Source: a virus
Taxonomy: Duplodnaviria; Caudoviricetes
Direction: 5' to 3' (one strand)
IMG/VR virus record: IMGVR_UViG_3300031804_000500
Location: 1 to 53,507 of that record
DNA: 53,507 nt
The position numbers were made by a program, and so were the translations under genes. The notes under the pieces are model-generated. The model was not told the origin of the DNA and did no database searches. It saw only the letters and a program-made list of their open reading frames with translations. This document shows positions 35,827-46,776 of the stretch, one piece after another (position 1 is the stretch's first letter; each line of letters starts with the position of its first letter).

Positions 35827-37197
35827 TTATACATAAGTTATCAACACTTCTGCTGATCCCTGAGAAGCAGTGCCAGGATCTAAAAATGCAATAACATCTT
35901 GTTCCGCTGCCTCATTATATAAATGATTAGGAAAACTATAATATTTTCCATCTGAATATAAATCATTCTCTGTTACTTCCATAAACCTAATATTATTTGC
36001 ACCGTCGCCTACTGTAATAGTAGCGCCTAGTCCATTGAATAATGTCATTACTTCTACACTAACGTTAAGCACTCGCACGTTATGACTTACCTTATGAATA
36101 ACTGTTTGCGAAGCACTGTTCCATGAAACTAATTGTTTATGACTTTTAGCATCAACACCAACGCCGTCTTCTGCTGATATCATTTTCCAGTTAGTACCAT
36201 CGTACACAAAATATCCCCATTCTCCTGCACCTTCTGGAGATCCGATATCTAAAACAAATGCAGTATCTCCTGTCGACATAGAAGTAATAGATAATAAAGC
36301 AGTCATATCTGCTACTGTATAACTTCCTATTACGTTATTAATTGCTTCATCCAATCCACTTGCCATAAACACTGCTCGAGTATTATCAATTTTAATGTAT
36401 ATAGGAAGTGATTGCATCGAAGGTTGGGTAGTTGTTAATTGGCCAGTACTACTAGTTCTATCTAAATAAAAGACAGACCCTGCTGTACCTGTTGTTAAAT
36501 TAACATCAATGACAGGTCCTACTGTCCGTATACGAACATTGTCTGGCTCGGGATAATGTATTTCTTCTACTACACCAAATACTTGTTTATTACTAGAGGT
36601 ACTAGTGTAATCTATCATTTCAAATTCACCATTTGTTTTTAAACAAACTGCTCTACCTTCTGATAAATTATGACCTGCTTGCATAGTGTGATATGTATCA
36701 TGTTTTCCTCGTTGCATAAAACGAGAAATAATTTCGCCAGCAAATCCTCTAGTAAATTGTGCCGGTAAAACTGCTGGCAAGGGATACAACACCGGCATGT
36801 TATTTTTTACTTCAAATATAAAACCATCAGTTGTTTCTGTAAAACCATCACCTGCTTGTGTTTCATCTGTTAGTGCGTTAAGTTTATCTTCATCTTCTAC
36901 TTCACAAATTATTTGTCCTATGTTTTGTGAACTAATAGCAAGTATACGTAAAAATTTAGCGCCGCCTTCAGTTGTAATATAGTCGCCTACATTAACATCT
37001 CTGCCATCATATACTCCGCTATTTTCTACACTACTATGAAATTGTGTATTGACAGAAACAATAACATTCCAAGATCGTGCTTTTCCTTTTAAGTCAGTTG
37101 TAACAGTACCTGTCCAATAAGAAGCAATGGGGGTAGTTGCATTTAATGTCATATTGCAACTGAGCAACTTTGGAGGCGGAACGTTATGAATACTCAT
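35827..37197 (-). CDS. Virion structural protein
   Basis: Beta-rich, YDGTNWK motif; C-terminal domain similar to that of 34062..35798. Confidence 0.65.
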   Translation of the reverse strand: MSIHNVPPPKLLSCNMTLNATTPIASYWTGTVTTDLKGKARSWNVIVSVNTQFHSSVENSGVYDGRDVNVGDYITTEGGAKFLRILAISSQNIGQIICEVEDEDKLNALTDETQAGDGFTETTDGFIFEVKNNMPVLYPLPAVLPAQFTRGFAGEIISRFMQRGKHDTYHTMQAGHNLSEGRAVCLKTNGEFEMIDYTSTSSNKQVFGVVEEIHYPEPDNVRIRTVGPVIDVNLTTGTAGSVFYLDRTSSTGQLTTTQPSMQSLPIYIKIDNTRAVFMASGLDEAINNVIGSYTVADMTALLSITSMSTGDTAFVLDIGSPEGAGEWGYFVYDGTNWKMISAEDGVGVDAKSHKQLVSWNSASQTVIHKVSHNVRVLNVSVEVMTLFNGLGATITVGDGANNIRFMEVTENDLYSDGKYYSFPNHLYNEAAEQDVIAFLDPGTASQGSAEVLITYV

Positions 37198-37198
37198 A

Positions 37199-38275
37199 TT
37201 AGAATACCATGTTTACATAAGCCTGGCCGCTGACATTTGATCCTGCAACAGCCGCAATAACATTAATTTCAAATTGTACAGTTTCCATTCCCGATGGTAG
37301 CATTACTTGATATGTGCCGGTAGGTTCTCTATATTTCCATGCCGCAATAGTACTATCCCATCCAAAATAAGATATGGACTTAGGCCAAGTACCCAAAGTA
37401 TGTGATATTGTTATTTTATTACCGGAAACCATGCAGATAAATTCGGCCGGCTTAGAAGCAGGATCTACTAATGAAAGATTACCTGTACCATCAAATTCTA
37501 TTCTTATGGTTTTAGAAATACTTAAAGATTGATCGCTCCAATATACACCTGCACCCGGGCCATTGGAATGTAAAACTTCACCTGCGGCGCCGTCTGGTAC
37601 AACTGTTATTTCACCGGTAGTATCTACTTGTACTAATTTATATTCATCAGCACCTGTAAATCCAAAGTCTGTACTAACTAATACATCAGTGCCTGAGTTA
37701 ACAGCAGAAATTTGTTGTCCACCTAATATACCTCTGAACTCTAAATTTTCACCTGTTTTACCATAAACTACAGATGCAGCTGAACCTGTACCAACACTAG
37801 AAGATGTGTTTATTTCACTTTGTGTTGCAATAAGAATATTATTAGCATCAAATCCTACAGTTATATGCCCGGCAACTACTCGAAGTGTTCTGAACTGTAA
37901 ATCAAACCCTACTTTTCCTGCAAAGGGAGGACCTCTATCTGAACCGCCTGCTCCCAAGTTACTACCAGTTATTACATTACTAGGATCACTATCTATTGTT
38001 ATACTAGTACCATCATCTGTAAGGGTAATACCTGTACCCTCTTTGAGTGATTTAATTTGAAGATCATTGTCTACTTTAGGAGCAACTAATGAAGTGCCGC
38101 CACCTATACTAGTTAATGTTGTAATAGAACCGCGAATTGTATTTACAAATGCTTGTTCTGTTGTATTGTATACAAGAAGTTGATCGTCTACTAACTCAGC
38201 AGACGTAATTTTAAAGGCTGGAATTGGTTGATTTGCAAATACAGAGCCGGCTGAATTAATTGACATAAGTGACAT
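37199..38275 (-). CDS. Fibre-like structural protein
   Basis: Three repeats of the type K....L.(I/F)(K/R).(L/I)..G..I. Confidence 0.65.
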   Translation of the reverse strand: MSLMSINSAGSVFANQPIPAFKITSAELVDDQLLVYNTTEQAFVNTIRGSITTLTSIGGGTSLVAPKVDNDLQIKSLKEGTGITLTDDGTSITIDSDPSNVITGSNLGAGGSDRGPPFAGKVGFDLQFRTLRVVAGHITVGFDANNILIATQSEINTSSSVGTGSAASVVYGKTGENLEFRGILGGQQISAVNSGTDVLVSTDFGFTGADEYKLVQVDTTGEITVVPDGAAGEVLHSNGPGAGVYWSDQSLSISKTIRIEFDGTGNLSLVDPASKPAEFICMVSGNKITISHTLGTWPKSISYFGWDSTIAAWKYREPTGTYQVMLPSGMETVQFEINVIAAVAGSNVSGQAYVNMVF

Positions 38276-38308
38276 TTCCTATCATTTTAATTATTTATCG
38301 TTTAATAA

Positions 38309-38689
38309 TTAAATGTTTAATAGGATTTTACTTAATGTTCCAACCTCAGTGATAATTAGGCTTAGATGGGATCGTTCGACTTTTGCTCTTAGATATATCA
38401 TATTACCTTGAAAAGTGTATGCTACTGTACTTGTTACACCTGTACCTGCGCTGGTACCATACGTAACATAATCATCATTACCGTTAACTTTAATATTAAA
38501 CCAATCTGTTTCTGTTGGAGTAGATGATAGTGTACCTTGAATATATATACGTCCAATAAAAGCTGCAACAGTAATTTGTACAGTATGTATGCCGTCTGAA
38601 AATCCGTAAAACCCATCACCCCTTACAGAATCACCAGTATAATCTAGTTCATTTTCTGTACCTAACATTAATACACTTTGTCTACTCAT
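38309..38689 (-). CDS. Putative virion structural protein
   Basis: GDGFYG..DG.HTV...F.G.I.IQGTL...P...DWF beta-sandwich-like pattern. Confidence 0.6.
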   Translation of the reverse strand: MSRQSVLMLGTENELDYTGDSVRGDGFYGFSDGIHTVQITVAAFIGRIYIQGTLSSTPTETDWFNIKVNGNDDYVTYGTSAGTGVTSTVAYTFQGNMIYLRAKVERSHLSLIITEVGTLSKILLNI

Positions 38690-38692
38690 AGG

Positions 38693-38854
38693 TTATCCTC
38701 TGGCTATTTCAACAAGAGTTTCAGGAACAAGTTCACTAATAACCTGTTCTAATTGATTAACAATTTGATCATCTAATATAGGTACGTCTTCTTCTGTATC
38801 ACGCAATAATTTGCTAACTTTTATAACAATTATATCTTCATTTAATCTGGCCAT
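38693..38854 (-). CDS. Small hypothetical protein (53 aa)
   Basis: True start probably MARLNE at 38854 (TAAATA-N5-ATG); the longer track ORF overlaps aceA. Confidence 0.65.
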   Translation of the reverse strand: MARLNEDIIVIKVSKLLRDTEEDVPILDDQIVNQLEQVISELVPETLVEIARG

Positions 38855-38867
38855 AAAAGTATTTATC

Positions 38868-40139
38868 TTAAAACTGATCTTCTTCTGTGGACCCCGACAA
38901 TGCTGTAGTTGAAGAAGAGCCTCCAGAAACTGCTTTAGATACTTCATCAAAGTAACCAGCGCCAACTTCTCGTTGATGCTTTGTTGCTGTATACCCATCT
39001 GCTTCAGCTGCAAATTCTTTATCTTGCAGTTCACAGAACGCAGGCATTCCTACTTTATTGTATTTTAATGCTAGATCAAACATGTTATAGTTTAAACTAT
39101 GGAAGCCAGCAAGTGTAATAAATTGATACTTGTATCCCATTTCGCCTATTGCTTCTTGAAAATTAACAATATCTTTTTCATCTAAATTTGCTCGCCAGTT
39201 AAACGAAGGAGAACAGTTGTATGCCAACATTTGTTTTGGATACTCTTTATGTATTGTTTCTGCAAACTTTTGTGCTTGTTCCAAATTTGGTTTAGATGTT
39301 TCCATCCAAAGTAAATCACAATATGGAGAAAAGGCAAGTCCTCTAGCAACACATCGTTCAAATGATTGTGCCGGGTCTAGGCGATAAAAACCTTCTTCTG
39401 TTCTATCGTCACTAATAAATGGATGATCGCGTTCGTCTATATTACTTGTTAGTAGTGTAGCACTTTCTGCGTCTGTACGAGCAACAATAACAGTAGGTAC
39501 TCGCATAACATCTGCCGCAAGTCTTGCCGCATTTAATGTTCGTATATGCTGTTGTACAGGAATAAGAACTTTACCACCCATGTGTCCACATTTCTTTTCA
39601 GATGCTAATTGATCCTCAAAGTGAACACCGGCGGCGCCGGCTACTATGTATGCTTTTGTAAGTTCAAATGCGTTTAACGCACCCCCAAAGCCTGCTTCAC
39701 AATCTGCTACAATAGGAGCAAACCATAATGTATCATCATCTTCTAATTGCCCTATTTGATCCGCACGTTCAAATGCATTATTAATCTTTCTTACTAATTC
39801 TGGCCCGCTGTTAGCAGGGTATAAACTTTGATCTGGATATGTAGTTCCGGCTGTATTATTATCAGCTGCTACTTGCCATCCTGACAAGTATATTGATTGT
39901 AATCCAGCTCGTACCATCTGAACCGCCTGGTTACCAGTAACCGCACCTAGTGCTCTAACAAATGGATTGAAGTTTAAATAGTCCCATAGATTTTCTGCAC
40001 CCATGTGAGCGAGAGTATGTTGAATGTCAACAGAACCAGATAAACGATAAACATCATTAATTGAATAGTCGCGTTTTATATTACTAAAACGCTTATGGTG
40101 GGTACGGACAAGGCGGGCAAATTCTTCATGTGCGCCCAT
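38868..40139 (-). CDS. aceA: Isocitrate lyase
   Basis: [17 protein letters not shown], catalytic [30 protein letters not shown]. Start moved to MGAHE (AAGGAG Shine-Dalgarno). Confidence 0.97.
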   Translation of the reverse strand: MGAHEEFARLVRTHHKRFSNIKRDYSINDVYRLSGSVDIQHTLAHMGAENLWDYLNFNPFVRALGAVTGNQAVQMVRAGLQSIYLSGWQVAADNNTAGTTYPDQSLYPANSGPELVRKINNAFERADQIGQLEDDDTLWFAPIVADCEAGFGGALNAFELTKAYIVAGAAGVHFEDQLASEKKCGHMGGKVLIPVQQHIRTLNAARLAADVMRVPTVIVARTDAESATLLTSNIDERDHPFISDDRTEEGFYRLDPAQSFERCVARGLAFSPYCDLLWMETSKPNLEQAQKFAETIHKEYPKQMLAYNCSPSFNWRANLDEKDIVNFQEAIGEMGYKYQFITLAGFHSLNYNMFDLALKYNKVGMPAFCELQDKEFAAEADGYTATKHQREVGAGYFDEVSKAVSGGSSSTTALSGSTEEDQF

Positions 40140-40179
40140 TATTTGTATCTCCTTTAAGAACAAATGTCTGTCGCACTAT

Positions 40180-40974
40180 TTATTTTAATTCGTTATAAGT
40201 AACACATTTGATGATCTTTTTTATTGAATTGGGTGCTATCATTTTTAAGACAAGAACATCTTCTATTGCTTTACAATATATACTACAAATAGACCATTTA
40301 TATATGTATCTTAATCCACCACCTCTACGGCCAAAGCTTGATCCCGGAGTTGTAGGACCCCATGCTCCTGCACGACTCGGAGTTCCCATATGACTTCCGT
40401 GGGAAGCCATTCCTACTTTATGATGAAAATTTATCCGTTTAACATTAGGACTATACATATATTCAGTCTTATCTATATTGTCTAAATAGTTTTTAATTTT
40501 AACAATATCCTTTTCTACAAAATCATGATCTCCATAAAATTCTACTTTCCATCTATACTGTTTAAACCAAAGATTGTCTTTAGCAACCACTTCATAATCT
40601 TCTACCATTAAGTCACTATGAGTATCATTCATGGGACCATATGCATCTATAACTAAATTTTTAAAAGATTTAACAAAACATAATGTCCAAAAAGGATCTT
40701 TAAAATAAAAAGTTGTTGTCCATTCACGCCGCATTTTAAAATCTTTACCTTTTTGTAACTTATTTTGTCTAAGATACATTTCGATTTTAAGTATATCTTC
40801 ATCAGTTAATAAAGGCGCATCTTCTTCTGGTGTTTTTCTAAAGTGAAGAAAGCCATAATTAGATGTATGATGCAATCCAAACAGACGTACTTTATAAAGA
40901 AAGTTATTATAATAAGCACGTGAAGCCACGTGGTATGTACAACACTGTTTTAGTTCATCCAGTTTGCTTTGCAT
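40180..40974 (-). CDS. Hypothetical protein
   Basis: 264 aa ORF in the gene tiling. Confidence 0.65.
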   Translation of the reverse strand: MQSKLDELKQCCTYHVASRAYYNNFLYKVRLFGLHHTSNYGFLHFRKTPEEDAPLLTDEDILKIEMYLRQNKLQKGKDFKMRREWTTTFYFKDPFWTLCFVKSFKNLVIDAYGPMNDTHSDLMVEDYEVVAKDNLWFKQYRWKVEFYGDHDFVEKDIVKIKNYLDNIDKTEYMYSPNVKRINFHHKVGMASHGSHMGTPSRAGAWGPTTPGSSFGRRGGGLRYIYKWSICSIYCKAIEDVLVLKMIAPNSIKKIIKCVTYNELK

Positions 40975-43198
40975 TTACTTTTACTTCGTCTGTTTCTAAA
41001 TCGATGCCTATAACAATTTCACAATCTCGTACATCGTTATAAACTATTAGTTTACTAATTGGCTTTTTAATTTTTGTATCTATTAATCTTTTCATAGGCC
41101 TTGCTCCCATAGTAGGAGTAAATCCTTTTTTACATAACCAATCCAATAAATCCTTTTGCGGTACTAATGTAATATGTCGAGGTTTTAATAACTCTTCTAC
41201 TTCGTTTAAGAATTTAGTAGCAATTCTCGAAATAAACTTTTCGTCTAGTTTATTAAAATTAACAGTAGCATCTAATCTATTACGAAATTCAGGAGCAAAA
41301 AACTTTTTAACAGCAACACCTGCGGCATGATCATCTGTGCCTCCTGCAAACCCAATTGCTACTTTTTCACTATCAGATGCTCCTAAATTAGATGTCATTA
41401 TTAAGATAATGTTTTTAGTAGATATGGTTTTTCCGTTACTAGATGTTACCACTCCACTATCCATTATTTGTAATAATATGTTCAAGACATCTTGATGTGC
41501 TTTTTCTACTTCATCTAATAACAATACACAATTAGGATTGTTTTCTATTTCATTAATAAGTTTACCACTGCCTGCACCGCCGTCTTCATATCCTACATAG
41601 CCAGGTGGTGATCCTATTAATTTTGCTATTGAATGTCTTTCTTGATATTCACTCATATCAAAACGGACAAGTTTCAATGCTAAATTATCAGCAAGTTGTT
41701 TTGCTGTTTCTGTTTTACCTACACCAGTAGGTCCGGTAAACAAAAATGAACCAATTGGCTTTTCAGGATCTTTTAATCCTGCTTGTGATATATGAATTGC
41801 ATCTGTTAACTTTTCAATTGCTCCGTCTTGTCCAAATACTTTGTTCTTAATTTTTTCATCTATGTTTATTACAGAACTAGAACTTGTTTCAGTTGTATTG
41901 ATTATTTCTAGAGGAATGCGAGTTTGATGTGCTACTTCTCGTTTAATATCTATATCTTCTATGTGTGTTTTACGTTCTGTTATAGGTAGTATACGTTGTC
42001 TAGCCAATGCACTATCTATTAAGTCTAATGCTTTATCTGGCAGATACTTATTCATCATATGCTTAACACTTAATTCTACTGCTGTTTTTATAGATTTTCG
42101 TTCAATAGTAATGCCATGGAAGTCTTCATAATATGATGCTAGACCTTCTATAATTTTAATTGTATCTTCAGCACTAGGTTGTTGTATATCTAGTTTTGTA
42201 AATCGTCTTACTAATGCAGAATCCTTTTCAAAATATTTTCTATAATCTTCATGTGTTGTTGCGCCTATACAATGTAGTTTCCCTTTTTCCAATGCAGGTT
42301 TTAACATATTAGCAACATCCATACTACCTTGGCCACCGGTACCGGCGCCCATTATCATGTGTATTTCGTCTATGAATAAAATACATCCTTCTTTACTTTG
42401 TAATACGTCTAATACTGTTTTAAGACGTTCTTCTAAATCTCCACGATATTTTGTTCCTGCCAATAACGCACTTATGTCTAATAGATAAACTGTATTACCT
42501 TTTACAGTATCCGGTACTTGATCTTCTGATATAAGTTTTGCTAATCCTTCTGCCATTGCAGTTTTACCAACGCCTGATTCACCTACCATTATTACATTAT
42601 TTTTCTTTCTTCGTGCAAGGACATGAAGTAATTCATGCAACTCTTTTTCTCTTCCTATAATGGGATCTATATTTCCTTCTTTTGCTTGTGCATTTAAATC
42701 TACACAAAATTCTTGTAGTATTTTATCTGCATCCATTCCTTCAATGCTACCTTGACCTTGAAATTCATCGACAAGTTGTTGCTGAATTAATTTAATAATA
42801 CTATCACGATCCACTCCGTGCTTTGCTAGAAAATAAAATGCATGGGAATTTCTTTCTGCTAATATACTTAAAAATAAATCCTTTGCTTGAATAGCATTTC
42901 TTCGATTAAATAATGCTTGGGTAAATGCTCGATTAAATGTTCTTTCTAATGTTGTTGTTTTACGAGGTTCCACAGTCCCTGGTACAATTATATCACTCAT
43001 GTTTGTATTAACATGATTAAGTATAGATATACGAATTTCTTCTGGATTAGGTCCAACACTTCCTACTATATGTTTAACTTCTTCTTCTTCTAATAAAACA
43101 GCTAACAGATGTTCTATTGTTACATACTCGTGGTTTAACGATTTGGCTAATCCAAACGCTCTACTTATAATATGTTCTACTTTATCTCGATCAGGCAT
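40955..43198 (-). CDS. clpA: ClpA-like Hsp100 ATPase
   Basis: Clp N-domain (HEYVTIEHLL), two Walker A motifs (GESGVGKT, GPTGVGKT), ClpP-docking IGF loop, no ClpB middle domain. Confidence 0.9.
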   Translation of the reverse strand: MPDRDKVEHIISRAFGLAKSLNHEYVTIEHLLAVLLEEEEVKHIVGSVGPNPEEIRISILNHVNTNMSDIIVPGTVEPRKTTTLERTFNRAFTQALFNRRNAIQAKDLFLSILAERNSHAFYFLAKHGVDRDSIIKLIQQQLVDEFQGQGSIEGMDADKILQEFCVDLNAQAKEGNIDPIIGREKELHELLHVLARRKKNNVIMVGESGVGKTAMAEGLAKLISEDQVPDTVKGNTVYLLDISALLAGTKYRGDLEERLKTVLDVLQSKEGCILFIDEIHMIMGAGTGGQGSMDVANMLKPALEKGKLHCIGATTHEDYRKYFEKDSALVRRFTKLDIQQPSAEDTIKIIEGLASYYEDFHGITIERKSIKTAVELSVKHMMNKYLPDKALDLIDSALARQRILPITERKTHIEDIDIKREVAHQTRIPLEIINTTETSSSSVINIDEKIKNKVFGQDGAIEKLTDAIHISQAGLKDPEKPIGSFLFTGPTGVGKTETAKQLADNLALKLVRFDMSEYQERHSIAKLIGSPPGYVGYEDGGAGSGKLINEIENNPNCVLLLDEVEKAHQDVLNILLQIMDSGVVTSSNGKTISTKNIILIMTSNLGASDSEKVAIGFAGGTDDHAAGVAVKKFFAPEFRNRLDATVNFNKLDEKFISRIATKFLNEVEELLKPRHITLVPQKDLLDWLCKKGFTPTMGARPMKRLIDTKIKKPISKLIVYNDVRDCEIVIGIDLETDEVKVNAKQTG

Positions 43199-43691
43199 AT
43201 TCTTTTTTCTTGTTGGATTTTTTTTGCTTTTGTCTACCCATTCGTAATGCTACTGGTTTTGCTTTACTTGTAAACAAAATACCATCTAGATGGTCAAATT
43301 CATGTTGAAAAACTCTACTCACAATACCATCAAATTTTTGAGTTCTTGGATCACCAAGCATACTTGTATATTCTACTTCAATCCAGTCTGGTCTTAAAAT
43401 ACTCATATAAAGGCCAGGAAAACTTAAACAGCCTTCTGGCATTAATACTAATGTATCACTAGATTGAATAATTTTAGGATTGAAACAGGAAAACGACATG
43501 TCGTTATTACCCATAACAAAAACACGTAATTGTACACCAACTTGTGGACCTGCTAATCCTATACCATTTTCGGCAAGCATTGTTTTTAACATTCCTCTTG
43601 CAAGTTCTTCAGGATCAACAACATCTTGATCAAAATCAAATGGTAATGTTTCTGCTATTAATGTTGGATTTTTTTCGTAAACTAATTTCAT
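43191..43691 (-). CDS. def: Peptide deformylase
   Basis: GIGLAGPQVG, EGCLS, QHEFDHLDG. Confidence 0.95.
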   Translation of the reverse strand: MKLVYEKNPTLIAETLPFDFDQDVVDPEELARGMLKTMLAENGIGLAGPQVGVQLRVFVMGNNDMSFSCFNPKIIQSSDTLVLMPEGCLSFPGLYMSILRPDWIEVEYTSMLGDPRTQKFDGIVSRVFQHEFDHLDGILFTSKAKPVALRMGRQKQKKSNKKKEYA

Positions 43692-43707
43692 ACTAATATT
43701 TATGGAG

Positions 43708-44529
43708 TTATTTTTTTAATATATCTTTAAGAGGTAATTCTAAATCTTCTTCTGACAATATAGGTACTTTAATTTCAATTTGAATAATAAGATCACCTGA
43801 TCGTTGCCCACCACGTCCAGGAATACCTTGTTCAGGAATTCGTAATTTAGTATTAGGCTGTGTTCCTTTATTAATTTTTAGATTAAATTCTTGTCCAGAT
43901 AAACCTGATACAAATTCTTCACATCCCAATGCCGCATCTAATGCATTAACTGTTACTTTAGTAATCAAGTCTCGACGATTAAATCGTTTAAAACGAGGAT
44001 GTTCTAATATTCTTATAATAACATATAAATCTCCTTTGGGCAACTCCGGAATGTCATTTCCTCCCATACCAGCATATCGTATTTTGTCTCCATGCTCCAC
44101 TCCTCGAGGCACATTTAGATCAAGTTGAAGTGTTTGATTATTTCCCATGTTAACATTAAGTTGTCTTTTAACTCCGGTATAAACTTCTTGTAAAGATATA
44201 TCATACTGCATTTGAATATCTCTATTTCTTTGAGGTTGTTGTTGAAAACCAAATCCTCCTCTAAAAATTTCATGGATGTTACCAAACGGATCTCCTCTAT
44301 TTACAAATGGATTAAATCCTTGTCGCGGGTCTATTTGTGATGCTTCCCACGTTTGTCTTGCATCTTGATCTTTTATATTTTGATAAGCATCATTTATTTC
44401 TTTAAACTTATCACTTGATCCACCGTCTCGATCAGGATGATGCTTTTGTGCAAGTTTTCTATAAGCAGTTTTTATGTCAGAATCTGTGGCAGTTTTATCG
44501 ACTCCGAGAGTTGTCCAAGGGTCACTCAT
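43708..44529 (-). CDS. DnaJ-class co-chaperone without the zinc finger (CbpA-like)
   Basis: J domain with HPD, G/F region, C-terminal GDL motifs. Start moved to MSDPW. Confidence 0.9.
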   Translation of the reverse strand: MSDPWTTLGVDKTATDSDIKTAYRKLAQKHHPDRDGGSSDKFKEINDAYQNIKDQDARQTWEASQIDPRQGFNPFVNRGDPFGNIHEIFRGGFGFQQQPQRNRDIQMQYDISLQEVYTGVKRQLNVNMGNNQTLQLDLNVPRGVEHGDKIRYAGMGGNDIPELPKGDLYVIIRILEHPRFKRFNRRDLITKVTVNALDAALGCEEFVSGLSGQEFNLKINKGTQPNTKLRIPEQGIPGRGGQRSGDLIIQIEIKVPILSEEDLELPLKDILKK

Positions 44530-44551
44530 ATAGTATATTATAGCATGTTCT

Positions 44552-45574
44552 TCATAATAGTTCAACTAATACAGGACCACTTGATGATTTAATATCTGTG
44601 GTATTTGCAATAACTTTTCCAATAGGAACATTAAGCCACATTTCGTCCCTTAACTCATAATTTTTAATCCAGTTATAAAATTGAGTACCAGTAAAAAATT
44701 TATAATGTTCATTGTTCGGCCATATTGTAATACCACTGCTTATATCTTCTATATTTCGAATATCATATTCAAAAGCATCATCGTACTGAGCATAACATGT
44801 TGCATAATCTTTTCCAGCAGTTGATTTAATTATTGTAACATTATACTCTTCATAATTGTCAGGAAAACTAGAAATTATTTCTTCATGAGTAATACATCCG
44901 AGATATTCAGGTTTCCAAAAATCTCTTTTATAACAAATATTGTCTTCACCTTTTTTAACAAATGTAAATTTTCTATCTCTATTAAAGTCTAAAATCTTTT
45001 CTGGTTTCTTTCCAAATTTTTCTAAATATTTATTATTTGTTTGTTCTGCAATTAAACTAAATTGTTGATCTTCAAATTTATGTACATAAAAATTAATATT
45101 ATGTATTTCATCTAGAAAAACTGTCATATCTAAAATTTCAAATTGAGGAGTAGACCATTCATATACAAAACGATTAAAATCCTTTTTACTTGTAGATTTC
45201 AGTTTTAATAACTGCTCATTTGTTAAATTATGTTGCCAACAATGTTTTGATATTAAGGCAGTAGTAAAGCATCTATGTATACGATTAGTTTGCATCCATG
45301 GCATACCATCATATGCATAATATGGAAATTCCATTCCATTTATAAGAGCATTAGCATTATCTATTGCTATATTAATTTTATTAACATACTCTTCGCTGGT
45401 TGTTACTGGAAATTTATCATAATAAGGCAGTATGTTAAGGAAATTAAATATATAGGGAATATTTGTTTTATTCCATGCTTCATACACAGAAAGCCACTTA
45501 TCTACAACAGGGGTTTGTAATAATTCAATAGTAAGATGTCCAGAGGGAAATGTTACTTTTATATAACGGGACAT
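44552..45574 (-). CDS. Hypothetical protein
   Basis: 340 aa; NRIHRCFT and GKDY may be conserved motifs; no family recognised. Confidence 0.65.
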   Translation of the reverse strand: MSRYIKVTFPSGHLTIELLQTPVVDKWLSVYEAWNKTNIPYIFNFLNILPYYDKFPVTTSEEYVNKINIAIDNANALINGMEFPYYAYDGMPWMQTNRIHRCFTTALISKHCWQHNLTNEQLLKLKSTSKKDFNRFVYEWSTPQFEILDMTVFLDEIHNINFYVHKFEDQQFSLIAEQTNNKYLEKFGKKPEKILDFNRDRKFTFVKKGEDNICYKRDFWKPEYLGCITHEEIISSFPDNYEEYNVTIIKSTAGKDYATCYAQYDDAFEYDIRNIEDISSGITIWPNNEHYKFFTGTQFYNWIKNYELRDEMWLNVPIGKVIANTTDIKSSSGPVLVELL

Positions 45575-45585
45575 ATTCTTACCTT

Positions 45586-46122
45586 TTAATAATTTGCTAA
45601 AAATTGATAACGTTTTTTATATTGAAGTGCTTCTGTTGAAAGAGTGGTTTCAGCTGACTGTTCTTCATCTCCACCAGGATCTGCTAACTCTTCCATTGTT
45701 TTATATGTAGCAGGATCAGTAATTATATTCTCAGCAAAATTCTCTTCATTAAATGGAAGTATTGATTCATTGCGATATGCTCTAAATTTCCATTCCTCTG
45801 GTTTTAAGTTTGCAACTTGATATATGTGTGCTACTAATTCTGAAACTTCTCTAAACAAAACATTGTTTCTATTAAATTCACAAAAAACAAGGTAATGTCC
45901 TTTTTTATTAGGCCCACCTGATACTTCACAATCCAATTGATCAAAAGCACCATTTTCAATAAAACTTTTAAGGTCGTCTGCCGGTTCTTTATGATCGGCA
46001 ATAAAAGCAACAACAACTATTTCTTCATTCTTTCCAAATTTAGGCTCAAATATATCTACACTAAAATAAGGTTTAATTAAATCTTTTAAATCGTTTTGTC
46101 TTAGACCTTCAACTAATTTCAT
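45586..46122 (-). CDS. Hypothetical phage protein
   Basis: MKLVEGL start; paired with the upstream late gene. Confidence 0.7.
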   Translation of the reverse strand: MKLVEGLRQNDLKDLIKPYFSVDIFEPKFGKNEEIVVVAFIADHKEPADDLKSFIENGAFDQLDCEVSGGPNKKGHYLVFCEFNRNNVLFREVSELVAHIYQVANLKPEEWKFRAYRNESILPFNEENFAENIITDPATYKTMEELADPGGDEEQSAETTLSTEALQYKKRYQFLANY

Positions 46123-46678
46123 TAGGTACCTCTAATGGATTTTTGTCTTGCAACGCTTCTTCTTGATCTAAATTTTGATCATATGCAGAAGTAACTGCAT
46201 CTAAATCTAATTCTGTATCAGACACTCTAATTTTTTCACTGCTTTGACTATTAACAAACTTTCGTGGTAAAGTAATTTTAACTAGCCATACAGGTATTTT
46301 TACTAGTTTAGGACGCATTTCTTGTTCATGAGGATCATCAGTGAATGGTTTTTTTCTAGCTTCCATATCTGTTGGTTTTGAAATCTTAACAGGTTTTAAA
46401 TAAGTATCTTCACCATAAAATACTTTACCGCCACGTTCAATAATACGTAATGCACCATCTGGATTAGGCATTAACTTTTTAGGATACATTAATGTAACAG
46501 TAACCCAATATTTTTCTAAATCAGGACCTTGAATTACTTCCCCATGTTCCCAATTTTCATATGTATATACATCTAAATGGTCTAATACACCTTCAAAGTC
46601 TATTAATACATTTAGAATACTATCGCTTTCAAATGCACTAGTAATAGTATTGTTAATTTGATTAAATTCTTGTGGCAT
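46109..46678 (-). CDS. Hypothetical phage protein
   Basis: TAAATA upstream; FE.VLD.LD.Y...NW..GE...GP motif. Confidence 0.7.
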   Translation of the reverse strand: MPQEFNQINNTITSAFESDSILNVLIDFEGVLDHLDVYTYENWEHGEVIQGPDLEKYWVTVTLMYPKKLMPNPDGALRIIERGGKVFYGEDTYLKPVKISKPTDMEARKKPFTDDPHEQEMRPKLVKIPVWLVKITLPRKFVNSQSSEKIRVSDTELDLDAVTSAYDQNLDQEEALQDKNPLEVPNEIS

Positions 46679-46776
46679 TATTTCTTCTCGTTAAACACTA
46701 TATATATTTAGCCTTTTTTGACCAAATAAAAAGCATACGAAAATGTATGCCTTAATAATAAAAATATTGAAAGATT

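Noticed and set aside
38855-39034. N-terminal extension of the 38693 ORF
   Set aside because: It overlaps the conserved aceA C-terminus; the TAAATA-N5-ATG start at 38854 is more parsimonious.
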